A stretch of 64,000 nt of DNA, taken from assembly GCA_963813715.1 (NCBI GenBank), contig CAWFAK010000014.1, positions 64,001 to 128,000 on the forward strand, read 5' to 3'. Below the pieces are notes generated by a model that was given only the letters and a program-made list of their open reading frames with translations, was not told the DNA's origin and did not search any database. How positions within the stretch are numbered: the stretch's first letter is position 1; each line of letters begins with the position of its first letter. A program made the translations under genes and the position numbers. This DNA comes from an uncultured Planctomycetaceae bacterium (GTDB taxonomy: Bacteria > Planctomycetota > Planctomycetia > Planctomycetales > Planctomycetaceae). Positions 11,298-22,496 of this stretch are shown piece after piece.

Positions 11298-13287
11298 ATG
11301 TTTCACCCAACCACAACCCAAATCGCTGCCCCGCGCCGTCGTCTGATAAATCTGTTCGCCGCCTTGAGCGTGCTCTGCGCGAGCATGCTCGTTGCCGTTC
11401 GCGCTCAGGCCGACGAAGCGGCCTTCAAGATCAAGCGGACGATCAAGCTCGATTCCGTGGGCAACGCCGACATCCGCCTGCAGGTGGCCGCTCCGACGAA
11501 TCTGTATACGGCGATCAAGACCAAGACGCCGAACATTGCCGTGCTGCTGCGGAAGCTGGGCGCCGGCCGCGAGTGGGCCGTCCTGGAGAACGTCGACGGT
11601 TCGTTCAACGACATGCAGAGCACGATCGACATCCACTTCACCCAGCGCGGGCTGGCCCGCGTCGAGAGCGGCCGCCAGTGGTCGATTCCCTTCGTCCCGG
11701 GCTCGATGCCCGAACTGGTCGACATCCACGACACCACGGCCATCTACGAAGAGGCCTCGAGCAGCCCGCTCGGTCTGGCCACGATGATCATCCGCGTCGA
11801 ATGTCCCGCCGGCAGCAGCAACCTCAAGCACGATGGCGCCGCCCGCACTTTCTCGTATGAATACGAGCCGAAGGTCGCCGGGCAGGGCAATGCCGACGCA
11901 AAGTTCAACGTCGACCACAAAGACGCCATCATGAGCTGCCTGGCGAAGTGCTACAGCAACGAGAACTTTGCCATGCTGTGGGCGGCCCGCGGCCGGTTCG
12001 ACAACACGGGCTCGGCCACGCTCTCCGACTATCGTGTGCGATTCCGCATCGCCGGCTTCACCGCGTGGAGCCCCTGGCACCACACGAGCAAGGTTTACCC
12101 GGGCCAGGTCGTCGTCGACCCGTTCTATCCGGTGTTCGATTTCGACAAGCTCAACGGCGTCACCGGTCCGCGTCCGGCCCTGCTCGAGACCGAATACGAG
12201 TACACGCGGCCCAACGGCCAGAAGGTCGCCGAGAGCGATTCGCGCAAGCTCGACATCCTCGGCTACAACCAGACGATCTTCAGCGGTCTGCCTCTCTCGG
12301 ACATCATGTCGCTGGCCGACCGCCTGGAATATATGCCGATCGTGCTGGCCTCGTTCACGACTCCGAATGATTCGGTGATCCAGGAGCTGGCCGGCCGCGT
12401 GAGCGGCAAGGCGGGCGGAGCGGCAGCCGCGTTCAATAATGCCGACGCCGTGAAGTTCCTGCACTCGCTCTACGACTCGCTGTGTGAGAATCGCATCGCC
12501 TACCAGTCGCCACCGTCGTTCGTGAACGGAGCCGCAGTTCGGCCAGCACATCAAGCTGGGCCGCGACGTGCTGCGGAATCATGCCGGAACGTGCATCGAT
12601 CTGGCCATTCTTTGGGCCAGCACGTGCGAGGCGGTCGGTCTCAAGCCCGTGCTGATCGTGATTCCGGGGCACTGCTTCCCAGCCGTGTATCTGCCGGAGG
12701 GGCAGCTCGTGGCGATCGAAGCCACCGGCGTCGGCAAGTGCAATTTCGAGAAGGCCCTGGAGATCGGCAACGAGGAATTGCAGCGGGCACGGCAGAGCGA
12801 ATCGATTCAGGTTGACGTTATGGCCCAGCGGAAAGCGGGCGTCCAAAGCCTCGACCTGCCGACCGCCTCGCCGACCTTCCTCACCGACATGGGCTACCAT
12901 TTCGACGCCACGTCGCGGACGACCACGCAGCAGCAGGCCGCCCAGCAGCAAACCGATGAGGCGGACGACAGCCGGTCCACCGCGGCGACGCCGTCGGTCG
13001 TGGGAGTCTGGGGTTTCACAGGTCAGCTGCCGGTGGGCAACGTCGACGTCGGCCTGGCCCTCACCGCCCAGGGCAAGATGGCCTTCGTGATCATCAGCAA
13101 GGGGCCCAATGGCCAACAATCGGTGAAGAGCGTTGGACACTGGCAGGCGAGCGGCAACATGCTCGTCCTCACCGACGAGAACATGACTCAGCGGTTCCAG
13201 TACCAGCTCCAGGGGGATCAGTTGTCCGTCTACTTCCCCGGCCTGCAATCGTGGGTCAACTTCCGTCGGGTTCAGTCCAACTCCTGA
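11298..13287 (+). CDS. Secreted protein with a transglutaminase-like Cys-His catalytic domain (frameshift ~12538)
   Basis: Signal peptide ending AQA; HAGTCIDLAILWASTCEAVGLKPVLIVIPGHCFP and IEAT motifs; Q/T-rich linker; beta-rich C-terminal domain. Confidence 0.7.
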
Positions 13288-13322
13288 TTGGCTCCTCCGG
13301 CTTGGTGCCGTTGTCGTTCCAC

Positions 13323-13370
13323 ACGCCAGCCGCCCATCAAGTTCGCTTGGTGGGCGGTTTGGCGTTTTGT
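13323..13370 (+). terminator. Hairpin terminator
   Basis: CGCCAGCCGCCCATCAAG-TTCG-CTTGGTGGGCGGTTTGGCG followed by TTTT. Confidence 0.6.
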
Positions 13371-13520
13371 GTCGTGACAACCGCGTAACGCCGCTCGGTG
13401 CCCGGCGGGGATCGCTTTGAAATCACGGACGCGGCCGCTAGCTTTGTGGAAGCTGTCGTGCGGTTCGCGTTGTCGCTCGGCTGCTCCTGCCTCATTCCTG
13501 CCGTTTCCTCGAGGTTGTTG

Positions 13521-16500
13521 ATGCCTGCCAGAATCAGTCGGTATGTCGCGTGCCTTTGGATCAAACTCGTGCCGGCGGCTCTTTTAGTTGCGGGCATCGT
13601 GTTGCCTGGCCGAGCGGACGATCATTCCGGCCCGAACGCAGGCACTCAAACACCGCCACTCACACCGCCCGAACAGGCGGCGGCCGACATCACCGCTCCG
13701 CCCGGCTTTCATGTGTCGCTCTTCGCCTCGGAGCCCGTCATCCGCCAGCCGATCGGAATGGCGACCGACGCCCGCGGCCGCTTGTGGGTGGCGGAGAATA
13801 ACACCTACTCCGACGCCAAAACGAATTTCGACCTGACGAAGCACGATCGGATCGTGATCCTTGAAGACACCGACCACGACGGCCGAGCCGATCGCCACAC
13901 GGTCTTTTGGGACCGGGCCCAAAAGCTCACCAGCGTCGAGCCGGGCTTCGGCGGCGTCTGGGCGCTCTGTCCCCCCAAACTCTTGTTCATCCCCGATCGC
14001 AACGGCGACGACATCCCCGACGGCGAGCCGCAGGTCGTGCTCGACGGCTGGGACGACGGCGTCGTGCGGCACAACATCGCCAACGGTCTCCGCTGGGGGC
14101 CGGACGGCTGGCTCTATGGCCGGCACGGCATTCAGGCCACTTCGTACGTCGGTCCTCCCGGCTCGCTTCCGGCTCAGCGTACGCCGCTCAACTGCTGCAT
14201 CTGGCGGTACCATCCGACGCGAAAGATCTTCGAGGTCGTCTGCCGCGGCACCACGAACCCCTGGGGCATGGACTGGAACGAGCAGGGGGAGCTGTTCTTC
14301 ATCAATACGGTGATCGGCCACCTCTGGCACGCCGTGCCCGGCGCCCACTTCCAGCGGATGTACGGCGAGGACGACAACCCGCACGTCTACGAGCTGCTCG
14401 GGCAGACGGCCGACCACTTCCATTGGGACACGGCCGAGCACTGGAGCGATATCCGCAAGATCGGCGTCTCGCGGACGACCGACCAGGCGGGCGGCGGACA
14501 CGCTCACGCCGGGCTGCTGATCTATCAAGGCGACAACTGGCCCGATCGCTACCGCAACACCGTGTTCACGATCAACTTCCACGGCCGACGCCTCAACAAC
14601 GACCGGCTCGAACGACAGGGCAGCGGCTACGTCGGCCGCCACGACCCCGACTTTCTAAAGTCGTCCGATCCGTGGTTCCGCGGCCTCGAACTCTTGGCCG
14701 CGGCCGACGGCGGCGTCTACATCGCCGACTGGTCGGACGTCGGCGAATGTCACGGACACTACGGCGTGCATCTCGATTCGGGCCGGATCTACAAAGTGGT
14801 CTACGGTCAGCCGCCGCGCCCGCGGTTCGCCGACCTGGCGAAACTGAGCGACTCCCAGCTCGTCGCCCTGCAGCTCGACAACAACGACTGGTACGTCCGG
14901 CAATCGCGACGCATCCTGCAGGAGCGGGCGGCGGCCGGTCGGCCGATGCAGGCCGTGCATGCCGACCTGCACAAAATCTTCGAGACGGATCACGATCCGC
15001 TCCACGAGCTTCGCGCCATGTGGTGTCTGTACGTCACCGGTGGCGCCTCGGACGACTGGCTCCGTTCGCAGTTACATCACAGCGACGAACATGTCCGAGT
15101 GTGGGCAATCCGGCTGCTGGGCGACGGCAAGGTGCCCACGCCGCACTCTGTCCGCGACTTTGCCGCGATGGCCGCCAGCGATTCGTCCGGACTCGTCCTC
15201 TTATATCTGTCCTCCGCACTGCAAGAGTTGGCGGAGGCTGACCGCTGGCAGCTCGCCGACGCATTGGCCGCGCGGAACGACTTCGCCACCGACCGCGTCC
15301 TGCCGTTGATGGTCTGGTACGGCATTGAGCCGGCCGTCCCTGAGAATCCGGACCGCGCGATCGGGCTTGTCGAGTCGAGCCGAATGTTGCCGCTCGTTCG
15401 TTGCGTCGCCCGACGATTGACCGAGAACCTCCAACTCTCGCCCCAGCCCGTCGATAAGCTGGTGGCGGTCGCCGGCCGCACCGCGAACGCGCCGCAAACC
15501 CGGGCGATCTTGAGCGGCATGGCCGAGGCGCTGCGCGGTTGGCGGAAGGCGCCAGCGCCGCCGTCGTGGAAGTCGGCCCAGGCGAACCTTGCCTCCAGCA
15601 CCGACCGCGACGTGCAGCGTCTCGTCCGCGAATTGGGAGTCGTCTTTGGCGACGGCCGCGGCGCTGGCCGATCTGCTGCGAATTGCCGCCACCGGAGGGT
15701 CCGATCCGGCCGCGCGCCGCGACGCTCTGCGTGTGCTGGTCGAAGCGCGGGCCCCGAAGCTCGAGCCCCTGTTGTGCAAGATGCTCGATGAGCGCGATCT
15801 CGGCCCGGACGCCGCCCGCAGCCTGGCGGCCTTCGACGATCCGCAGTTGCCGCGGTTGCTCTTAGCAAAATTCGCTACCCTCAAAGAGCCGACCCGCGAC
15901 GCCGTGATTGTCACGCTGTGTGCCCGCCCCGCCTCGGCGCGGCTGCTCTTGGCCGCCGTCGGAGCCGGAGCCATTGACCGCGGTCGCATCCCCGCCTTCC
16001 AGATCCGCCAGCTGGCCGGCTTCGCCGACGCAGACATCCATCGCGAAGTCACCCGCCTCTGGCCCGAACTTAAGACGATGACCGCGGCCAAGCGGCAACG
16101 CATCGAACAGCTCAGGCGGCAACTCGCCCCGACCACGCTCGCGAGCGCCAACCGCGTGCAGGGCCGCCGCCGCTTCACGCAAACTTGTGCCACGTGCCAC
16201 ACGCTGTTCGGGCAGGGGGGCAAAATCGGTCCCGACCTGACCGGCTCGCAACGGGCGAATCTCGATTACCTGCTCGACAACATCGTCGATCCCTCGGCCG
16301 TGGTCGCGCCGGCGTACCGGATGTCGACCATTGCTCTCAACGACGGCCGCGTGCTCAGCGGCATCGTCTTCGACCAACCCGGTCCCACGCTGGCGATCCA
16401 AACTCCCACGGAGCGACTCACCATCAATCGGGCCGACATCGACCAAATCCGCAAATCTGAGCTTTCACTCATGCCCGACGGCCTGCTCGATGTGCTGCCG

Positions 16501-16611
16501 GAAAAAGAGATCCGCGACCTCATCGCCTACCTGATGTCGCCGCAACAAATCTCCCTTCCGACGACACCCGCACCGCAGGGTGAACCGAGCGCCTCCCGCA
16601 CCTCGCCTTAA
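13521..16611 (+). CDS. PVC-type heme-binding CxxCH protein (glucose/sorbosone dehydrogenase-like propeller, HEAT repeats, cytochrome c); frameshift ~15660
   Basis: PPGFHVSLFASEP, WGPDGWLYG, GTTNPWG, CATCH...GPDLTG...SLMPDGL. Confidence 0.9.
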
Positions 16612-16659
16612 CCAGCCCGCGCGGCACCCCCTCCCATTCCGATGGATGGGCGCCGCAGC

Positions 16660-16748
16660 ACCAAAGCCCGAAAGCCCGAAGGAATGCTGTCGTCCTTCGG
16701 GTTTCGATCATTCGGTCATTCCTTCGTCATTCGAGCTTCGGCATTCAA
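16660..16748. repeat. Degenerate heptamer tandem repeats in inverted arrangement
   Basis: CCCGAAAG CCCGAAG GAATG followed by TTCGGGT TTCGATC ATTCGGT CATTCCT TCGTCAT TCGAGCT TCGGCAT. Confidence 0.6.
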
Positions 16749-16792
16749 ACGCCTCACTTGCTCAGATCACTGATCCCAAGCCGCCGGCTGGC

Positions 16793-17326
16793 TCACTTCG
16801 CCGGCTTCGCCGCCGGGACCGCCCGTAGCGTCTTCAGTTCGCTGTCACACAGATCGATCTCGGTGGGCTGGCCGTGGAAGACCTTCTGCGAGAGTTCCTC
16901 CGCCGCATCGTGCCGACCGAAGCGGCATAGGCCTCGTCCTTCTCGAAGCCGGGCTTCACCGGGAAGCGGACTTGCAGGGTTTGCCCCTCCTTCGTGAGCT
17001 GCACGGAAAGCTGCCGGCCGTCGAAGAACTTTGCCTGCACGAGGTAATCGCCCAGGGCCTGGGCGTCGGCCTTCGAGACAGCCGTCGTGTAGTAGAGGTC
17101 GGCCTGGTTCACTTTCAACACCGCGCCGTACTTGGTTGCCCCCGTCAACAGCACCAGCCCGTTGCACAGCTTGGCCACGCCGATCACCGCGAAGCACAGG
17201 CCAAACGCAATTCGGTACCACCGGCTCTCATACCAATGCCGGGCACCCGACGCGGGCTGGCCGCTCGACTTGGGCGACTTGAACGGGAACCTCGAACGTT
17301 TCGACATCAAGGGCTTGGCTCGACAT
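16793..17326 (-). CDS. Single-pass membrane hypothetical protein (frameshifts ~17240 and ~16910)
   Basis: AAAGGA RBS and ATG at 17326; hydrophobic segment IAFGLCFAVIGVAKLCNGLVLL; soluble domain ending IDLCDSELKTLRAVP. Confidence 0.65.
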
Positions 17327-17380
17327 GGCTTATCCTTTCTCGCGTGCGGATCGTCGGTTTGGCTTGGTTTCCTGTGGACA

Positions 17381-17413
17381 AACCCAATACCGACGGGCCC
17401 GCCGCCTGTGACA
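17381..17413 (-). promoter_or_regulatory. ECF-type bipartite promoter motif, copy 2
   Basis: Reverse complement reads TGTCAC-N15-CGGTATTGGGTT, 54 bp upstream of ATG 17326. Confidence 0.7.
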
Positions 17414-17613
17414 GCCGCGACAAAGATTTTTCAAGGGGGGACCGCCTAAAGTCTTAAGCGGCATGGGTTGCAATCTGTTACGCCGATTTCTGGAGTTCAC
17501 CAGGAGCGACCCTGCTAAGTCCTTGACATTGCAACGCCGTAAGCTGAACCTATTAGCCGGCGACCCCTCCCGCCGAGAAACGACCTCATCTCAAGACGAA
17601 TGAGGAGATGCCA

Positions 17614-18833
17614 ATGGTGGCGCAACCTTGGCTCCGAGGGGTACGCGCGCGGCAACGTTCGAACGCGTCGCCGCTGCGGAGTCGTCGGGCCTTTACGCTG
17701 ATCGAGTTGCTCGTCGTCATCGGGATCATTGGAGTGCTGGCGGCACTCCTGCTTCCCGCAGTGCAAAGAGGCGCGAGGCGGCCCGTCGCACGCAGTGCAC
17801 GAACAATCTCAAGCAACTCGCCCTGGCTTGCCAGAACTTTCACGATGTGAATGGCTGCTTCCCGCCGGGCGATCAAGATCTGTGGTTCAACTACTCGGAC
17901 GACGCGAAGCCCCCGCTCGGCTCTCCGCCCGACTATGCATTTTGGGATCCGTCCGAGGGCTCGCAGCTGAACATCGTGGCGACCTTCCCGCCGTTCTCGC
18001 TCACCGTTCCGAATCAATTCGTCCAAAACGGCGGGCAGTGGACTCGCGTCGCCAGCAGCAACGGCGGTGTCCCTTCGCTGACTCTCTCGCAGTACACAAT
18101 TGCGGCACCCTGGGGCTGGCAGAGCTACATCTTGCCGCAGATCGAGCAGAGCACTATCACGATCGACCGCTCGACCGCGAACAATTGGGAAGTCGTCTAC
18201 GTCGTCAACCTCCACAGTTTCAACAATTGGAACAAGATTTCGGACATCAACCAGCAGATGATGCGCGTGCCGATCCCCACGCTCATCTGTCCCAGCGCCC
18301 AACTGCCGTCGACGCGGCCGGCCGGCTATGCCTTTTCGACCTATCGCGGCGTGGCCGGCGCCCAGCCGTATCCCGACCTCGTCAACAACCCCGATCCGCA
18401 AGGCGATCCCGGCTACGTCGCCGACGCCGGCAATCTGCAGTGGATCACCAACGGCGTGCTCTACCCGTCGAGCAAAACCCGCCTTCAGGACATTTTGGAC
18501 GGCACCTCGAACACGCTCTTGATGGGCGACGGCGGCTTCGGCTTGTGGGGCGACGGCGCGAGCTGCTGCGCCCGCTTCCGCAACGACATGCCCAGCCCGC
18601 AAGGCTACCCTGCCGACTTCGACACCACCTGGACCGGCACCACCATGCCGGCCCCCATCACCAAGGCGACCTCCACCATCAGGTTTTTTGGCTTCGGCAG
18701 CGCCCACGACCAGGCCGTGATCTTCGCCCTGTGCGACGGCTCGGTCCGCCAAATCAGCAAAGTGATCGACCGCAGCCTGATCCGCCTCTTAGCCATGAAA
18801 GCCGACGGCGCCCCGATCCCGACCGAATACTGA
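17614..18833 (+). CDS. DUF1559 prepilin-type N-terminal cleavage/methylation protein (frameshift ~17765)
   Basis: [49 protein letters not shown] and H-X9-DG ([14 protein letters not shown]). Confidence 0.92.
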
Positions 18834-18854
18834 ACCCTCAGCCGGCTCGACTCT

Positions 18855-18970
18855 TTTCCGAAGCCCCAACGGGGCGAGACAGCTATAGCCCGGGTCGGAG
18901 CCCACGCAGGCCCGGGACACGAGACGCCACCCAACAAAAAACCCTCTCCCATTCGGATGGGAGAGGGCAG
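18855..18970 (+). repeat. REP-like composite repeat, family A, copy 1
   Basis: TTTCCGAAGCCCCAACGGGGCGAGACA..AGCCCGGGTCGGAGC..ACGCAGGCCCGGGA..ACCCTCTCCCATTCGGATGGGAGAGGGCAG; near-identical copy at 20324. Confidence 0.8.
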
Positions 18971-19076
18971 CCTGCGACGAGCCAGTCGAGTCCGGTGAGG
19001 GCCGGTTTTCGCCGCGCGCTCTGCCGCCTCCTGCTAAATTGACGATGATGATCATGATCATCGTCGTCGGCAGATT

Positions 19077-19689
19077 CTAGTCGTTGACGAAGTACCGCGC
19101 CTGCAGCGACATCAAAGCCCCGTAGCTGCCGTTGTCCGCTTCTTTAAGCGCCGCGAGATACTCATCTCGAATCGTGCTCTCCTGCCCGATCGAGGAATCT
19201 GGCCAGGCGATGTATGGCTCGCCGGCACGACGAAGCCAAATGTTCGCCAGCAGTCGAGACCATCGGCCATTTCCGTTCTCGAAGGGATGGATCGCCACGG
19301 CTTGATGGTGAAGCATGGCCGCTTGCTCGCGGAGCGCAATGTGGAATTCGTCGCTCCAGCTTTTCAGACTCCCGAGAAGATGCGCCGATCTTTTCTGGAA
19401 TCAGGTGGGGAGCACAACCCAGGTTCAGTTGCGTCTGCCTCTGTATTCCGGCCCACTTCCAGACGTCGCCAAACATTTCGCGGTGCAGGCCGAACACCCA
19501 GCCGTACGTGAAGGGCGCGTTTTTCTCGGTCGGACGGCCACCGAGGTACTTCAGTGTTGGCTTCCGAATGTTCTCCGCTTCGACAATGTTGAGCTGACCG
19601 CGGCTCCTGACGCTCTTGATCTTGAGACCCGACGGATCGATTGGAGTTTCGCCAGGAATCGGCTTCCATTCAGACTTGTCGTCAGTCAT
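19077..19689 (-). CDS. Mobile mystery protein B (Fic/DOC family); frameshift ~19370
   Basis: GETPIDPSGL, LHREMFGDVWKWAG and Fic motif HPFENGNGRWSR; start overlaps the end of the upstream HTH gene. Confidence 0.88.
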
Positions 19690-20092
19690 CCCAAAGCCTT
19701 CTCGGCGGTCCCGCCAGAAGTTCGCTGACGGTTTGTTCGAGCATGTCGTTGAGAGTGCCTTGCTCGACGGCCTGGGATTCGAGTCCCATCGTTCCCTGAA
19801 CAAGTCCGACGATCCGGCTGGCTTTCTTAACCGCCTGCTCGCGTCGAAATTCGTGAGCGCTCTTGAGTTCCGTGACGCTTGTGGTCGCGCCGAGGTTGAC
19901 CTGCACGCCGAGCGCGGCGGCAATCGCACCGAGATTCGAGATTCTCGGGCTCTCCTCTCTGCCGGCAAGGATTCTTTCAACCGTTGCCGGGGCAACGCGA
20001 GCCCGCTTGGCGACCGCGCTTTTGCTCATTCCCAGCCGGTGACGGCGAAACTCGAGTTGATTGACCCAATCGGGTTTGTTTGCCGCAATCAT
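19682..20092 (-). CDS. Mobile mystery protein A (XRE-type HTH)
   Basis: W....RRHRLGMSKSAVAKRARV HTH, TMGLESQAV, C-terminal RRLWD; directly upstream of the Fic gene. Confidence 0.85.
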   Translation of the reverse strand: MIAANKPDWVNQLEFRRHRLGMSKSAVAKRARVAPATVERILAGREESPRISNLGAIAAALGVQVNLGATTSVTELKSAHEFRREQAVKKASRIVGLVQGTMGLESQAVEQGTLNDMLEQTVSELLAGPPRRLWDD

Positions 20093-20139
20093 CGCCGAGT
20101 CCCAAAAAATCTATCAATTACGATCGATTTAATCATGTT

Positions 20140-20155
20140 TCATAATCGATTATGA
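20140..20155. promoter_or_regulatory. Perfect 16-bp palindrome; candidate operator of mobile mystery protein A
   Basis: TCATAATCGATTATGA within an AT-rich tract ~50 bp upstream of the HTH gene. Confidence 0.55.
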
Positions 20156-20323
20156 TCAGTTTTAAAATAAAAATCAAATCATTTTTGATCACAAATTGTT
20201 AGAAATGCCGATTTTTTGTGCCAACCTCGTCGCGATGAGAAAAGTCGTTGGGTTGAGCGACGAATTCAAAGCCGTCCCGAGACGCTGGGGCGCCATTCGC
20301 CTGCGGAGCCCCGCCGCCATTCC

Positions 20324-20436
20324 TTTCCGAAGTCCCAACGGGGCGAGACAACTCAGCCCGGGTCGGAGCGCACGCAGGCCCGGGATCCGAGGCCACCCAC
20401 CACAGACCCTCTCCCATTCCCGATGGGATAGGGCAG
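20324..20436 (+). repeat. REP-like composite repeat, family A, copy 2
   Basis: Direct repeat of 18855-18970. Confidence 0.8.
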
Positions 20437-20461
20437 GGTGAGGGCGTATCTTCCTAATCCG

Positions 20462-20492
20462 GGGTGGCACTGGCGGCTCGTCCGCCAGTGTC
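20462..20492 (+). repeat. REP family B palindrome
   Basis: GGGTGGCACTGGCGGCTCGTCCGCCAGTG; further copies at 51894, 52895 and 54680. Confidence 0.8.
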
Positions 20493-20512
20493 TTGTGTTT
20501 CTCGGGGCCCGT

Positions 20513-20794
20513 TTATCGCGACCAGGCAAACGCCAACCGCATCAGCACCCCGACGACGATCATCGCCGTGCAGACCAGCCCCCACAAACTCGCCCGGCGG
20601 ATGAACCATCGCGGCATCAGCCGGAGAGTCAGAGCGAAAGCCGCCAGGCCGGCCAATCCACCCACCGCCCGCATCCAAAGCACGTCCCCAAGCTGCGGCC
20701 AAAACGTCTCCAGGACGGCTTCGCTGGCACACACTCCCAGAATGAAGCAGAACAACCCTGCCCACAGAACGAAGTAAAGCGTGCCGAGCCGCAT
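20513..20794 (-). CDS. Small three-TM membrane protein
   Basis: AAGG RBS and three hydrophobic segments. Confidence 0.55.
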   Translation of the reverse strand: MRLGTLYFVLWAGLFCFILGVCASEAVLETFWPQLGDVLWMRAVGGLAGLAAFALTLRLMPRWFIRRASLWGLVCTAMIVVGVLMRLAFAWSR

Positions 20795-20897
20795 GGTTCA
20801 CCTTAGGCGGTGATGTTTGCCGAGCTCATTTTAACAATGGGCATGCTTGGATGAACTTGGCAGTCTGTGTGGACCTGAGCCACCGGGGTCGTTCGCG

Positions 20898-20950
20898 GAG
20901 TGCCATGCCCACGGCTTCGAGTGCCGAGCCGTCGGCATGCCACCGGGTCG
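20898..20950. repeat. REP family C palindrome
   Basis: GTGCCATGCCCACGGCT...AGCCGTCGGCATGCCACC; copies at 22375, 22785, 22890 and 23058. Confidence 0.7.
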
Positions 20951-21048
20951 GCCTACTGCAACATTGAATTCGGAGCACCAATGCATTCTACTCAATCCCG
21001 CCATGTCATTGCCGCGCGTGCGTCCATGCAACTAGCGAGGAGATAAGC

Positions 21049-21396
21049 ATGCCTAATTCAACCGCTAACGAGCCGGGCAAACAACAGGAGCCAACCGACG
21101 TAGTTGAGGTTTATATAACTGAGTTGGCACGGATTGCTAAGACATACGGAAATGAAACGACGAGAGACGGTCGATCGTATCTCCGTTCGGAGCTGAAGAA
21201 GGAGGTAAGCAGCCGGGCCTCCGAGCGCCCGCGCGCTGGACGAGGCAGCAATTCCAGACGAGGTTCAAAAATTGGTGAACTACGCCCACTCTATCGAAGC
21301 ATTTGGTGCAGATCGCAAGAAATTTGGGTATGTCGTCTTCCGGTCGGTCGTAGCATCTACGACGTCATCATGCCGAAAAAGGAGATTGCCTCATAA
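21049..21396 (+). CDS. Hypothetical protein (lower GC, possibly frameshifted)
   Basis: GAGGAG RBS and ATG; atypical composition. Confidence 0.35.
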   Translation: MPNSTANEPGKQQEPTDVVEVYITELARIAKTYGNETTRDGRSYLRSELKKEVSSRASERPRAGRGSNSRRGSKIGELRPLYRSIWCRSQEIWVCRLPVGRSIYDVIMPKKEIAS

Positions 21397-21564
21397 AACC
21401 ATTCTGCTAGCTTCGGTTTGGTCGCACGCGGCGACTTTGAAACCCCCCTTGCCGCGTGAAGCGCGCAGCAGCGGATCATCTAGCAGCGGTGCAGTTCGTC
21501 GATCGGCAGAGACTCGTTTCCGCGCGAAGGCCGGAATCACGTTTTCAGGTCCGGAACTCCAGTC

Positions 21565-21934
21565 ATGGCAACCAAACCCACGCACATTCAAGACCTAGAC
21601 GACTTTTACGACTACCTTAAACATTTGACGACGCTTGCCACCGGGTTGATTGCATTGGTAGTCACGTTTCGCGAGAAGTTTGCCTCGAAAGGCGAGGGCA
21701 CTTCCCTGTTGCTCTGGGCAATAGCATTGCTGTCGCGTGCGTCGTATTGTCAGTCGTCTGTATGTTCTTACATTGATCGATCGGACATCGCACGCGAATA
21801 CGGCGACAAAGACGATGGCGGGAATCACGTTTTTTGCATGCGCCGTCATGTTTGCCGCAGGACTCATCTGCTTGGGGATCTATGCGGAGCTGTCGCTCGC
21901 CAACGGGGTGCCGCTTCCACGAGCAGCCCCCTAG
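21565..21934 (+). CDS. Hypothetical multi-TM protein (frameshift ~21740)
   Basis: YDYLKHLTTLATGLIALVVTF plus further TM segments in an adjacent frame ending at TAG 21934. Confidence 0.45.
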
Positions 21935-21939
21935 ATTCT

Positions 21940-22335
21940 TTAGAAGGGCTCTTTAGGAGTATCTTCCGAGTCCCGGTGATTCCGAATGAATCCGTGGCCC
22001 TTTGTCGATCCGGCCGCGTGGCAGGATGCACCGGCGGAGAAACGGGGCTGGAATTGCTCGGAAGCGATTCGATTGCTGCTAGGACGCCGTCGCGAGAAAT
22101 CCGCCCAGCCGCCAGTGCATCCACGGGACACGGAACCGCCCAGCGGTCGCTCAAGCGTCTTTAGCGGCTCGTCGACTTCCGGCTGGAACATGATCTGATA
22201 AAACTCTGCGGCCAGGCTCTCGATTTCCACTTGCATCTTGGTGGGGAAGGACGACCAGTATTTGTGTCCGGCGCCTTCCCGTAGGATGGCCCTCGCACTG
22301 ATCGCGATCGGCTTGTTCGCCGGAGCTCGGACCGA
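21940..22335 (-). pseudogene. Internal gene fragment, possibly of a DUF262/ParB-like-HNH protein
   Basis: ARAILREGAGHKYWS...IESLAAEFYQIMFQPEVDEPLKTL resembles the central region of such proteins from memory; no start or end; abuts a REP. Confidence 0.35.
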
Positions 22336-22374
22336 GGCAGCCGCGACCGGCCGCTGCGTTTCAAGACCCCAACG

Positions 22375-22410
22375 CCGGGTGCCATGCCCACGGCTCGGCG
22401 TGTGCACTCC
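22375..22410 (+). repeat. REP family C copy
   Basis: CCGGGTGCCATGCCCACGGCTCGGCGTGTGCA. Confidence 0.7.
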
Positions 22411-22496
22411 ACCCAGCCGCGTTTTCTGCTGTGGTCAAAGACTTGTGTGGTCAACTACCTAATGAAAGTAGGTGACCACACCACACCCCTTTTGGG

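Noticed and set aside
19041..19069. Palindrome GACGATGATGATCATGATCATCGTCGTC as a special element
   Set aside because: It lies between convergent genes and is most simply a terminator-like hairpin; there is no other support
21124..21139. Sigma-54 site TGGCACGGATTGCT (also 49498)
   Set aside because: GG-to-GC spacing is not the required 10 nt
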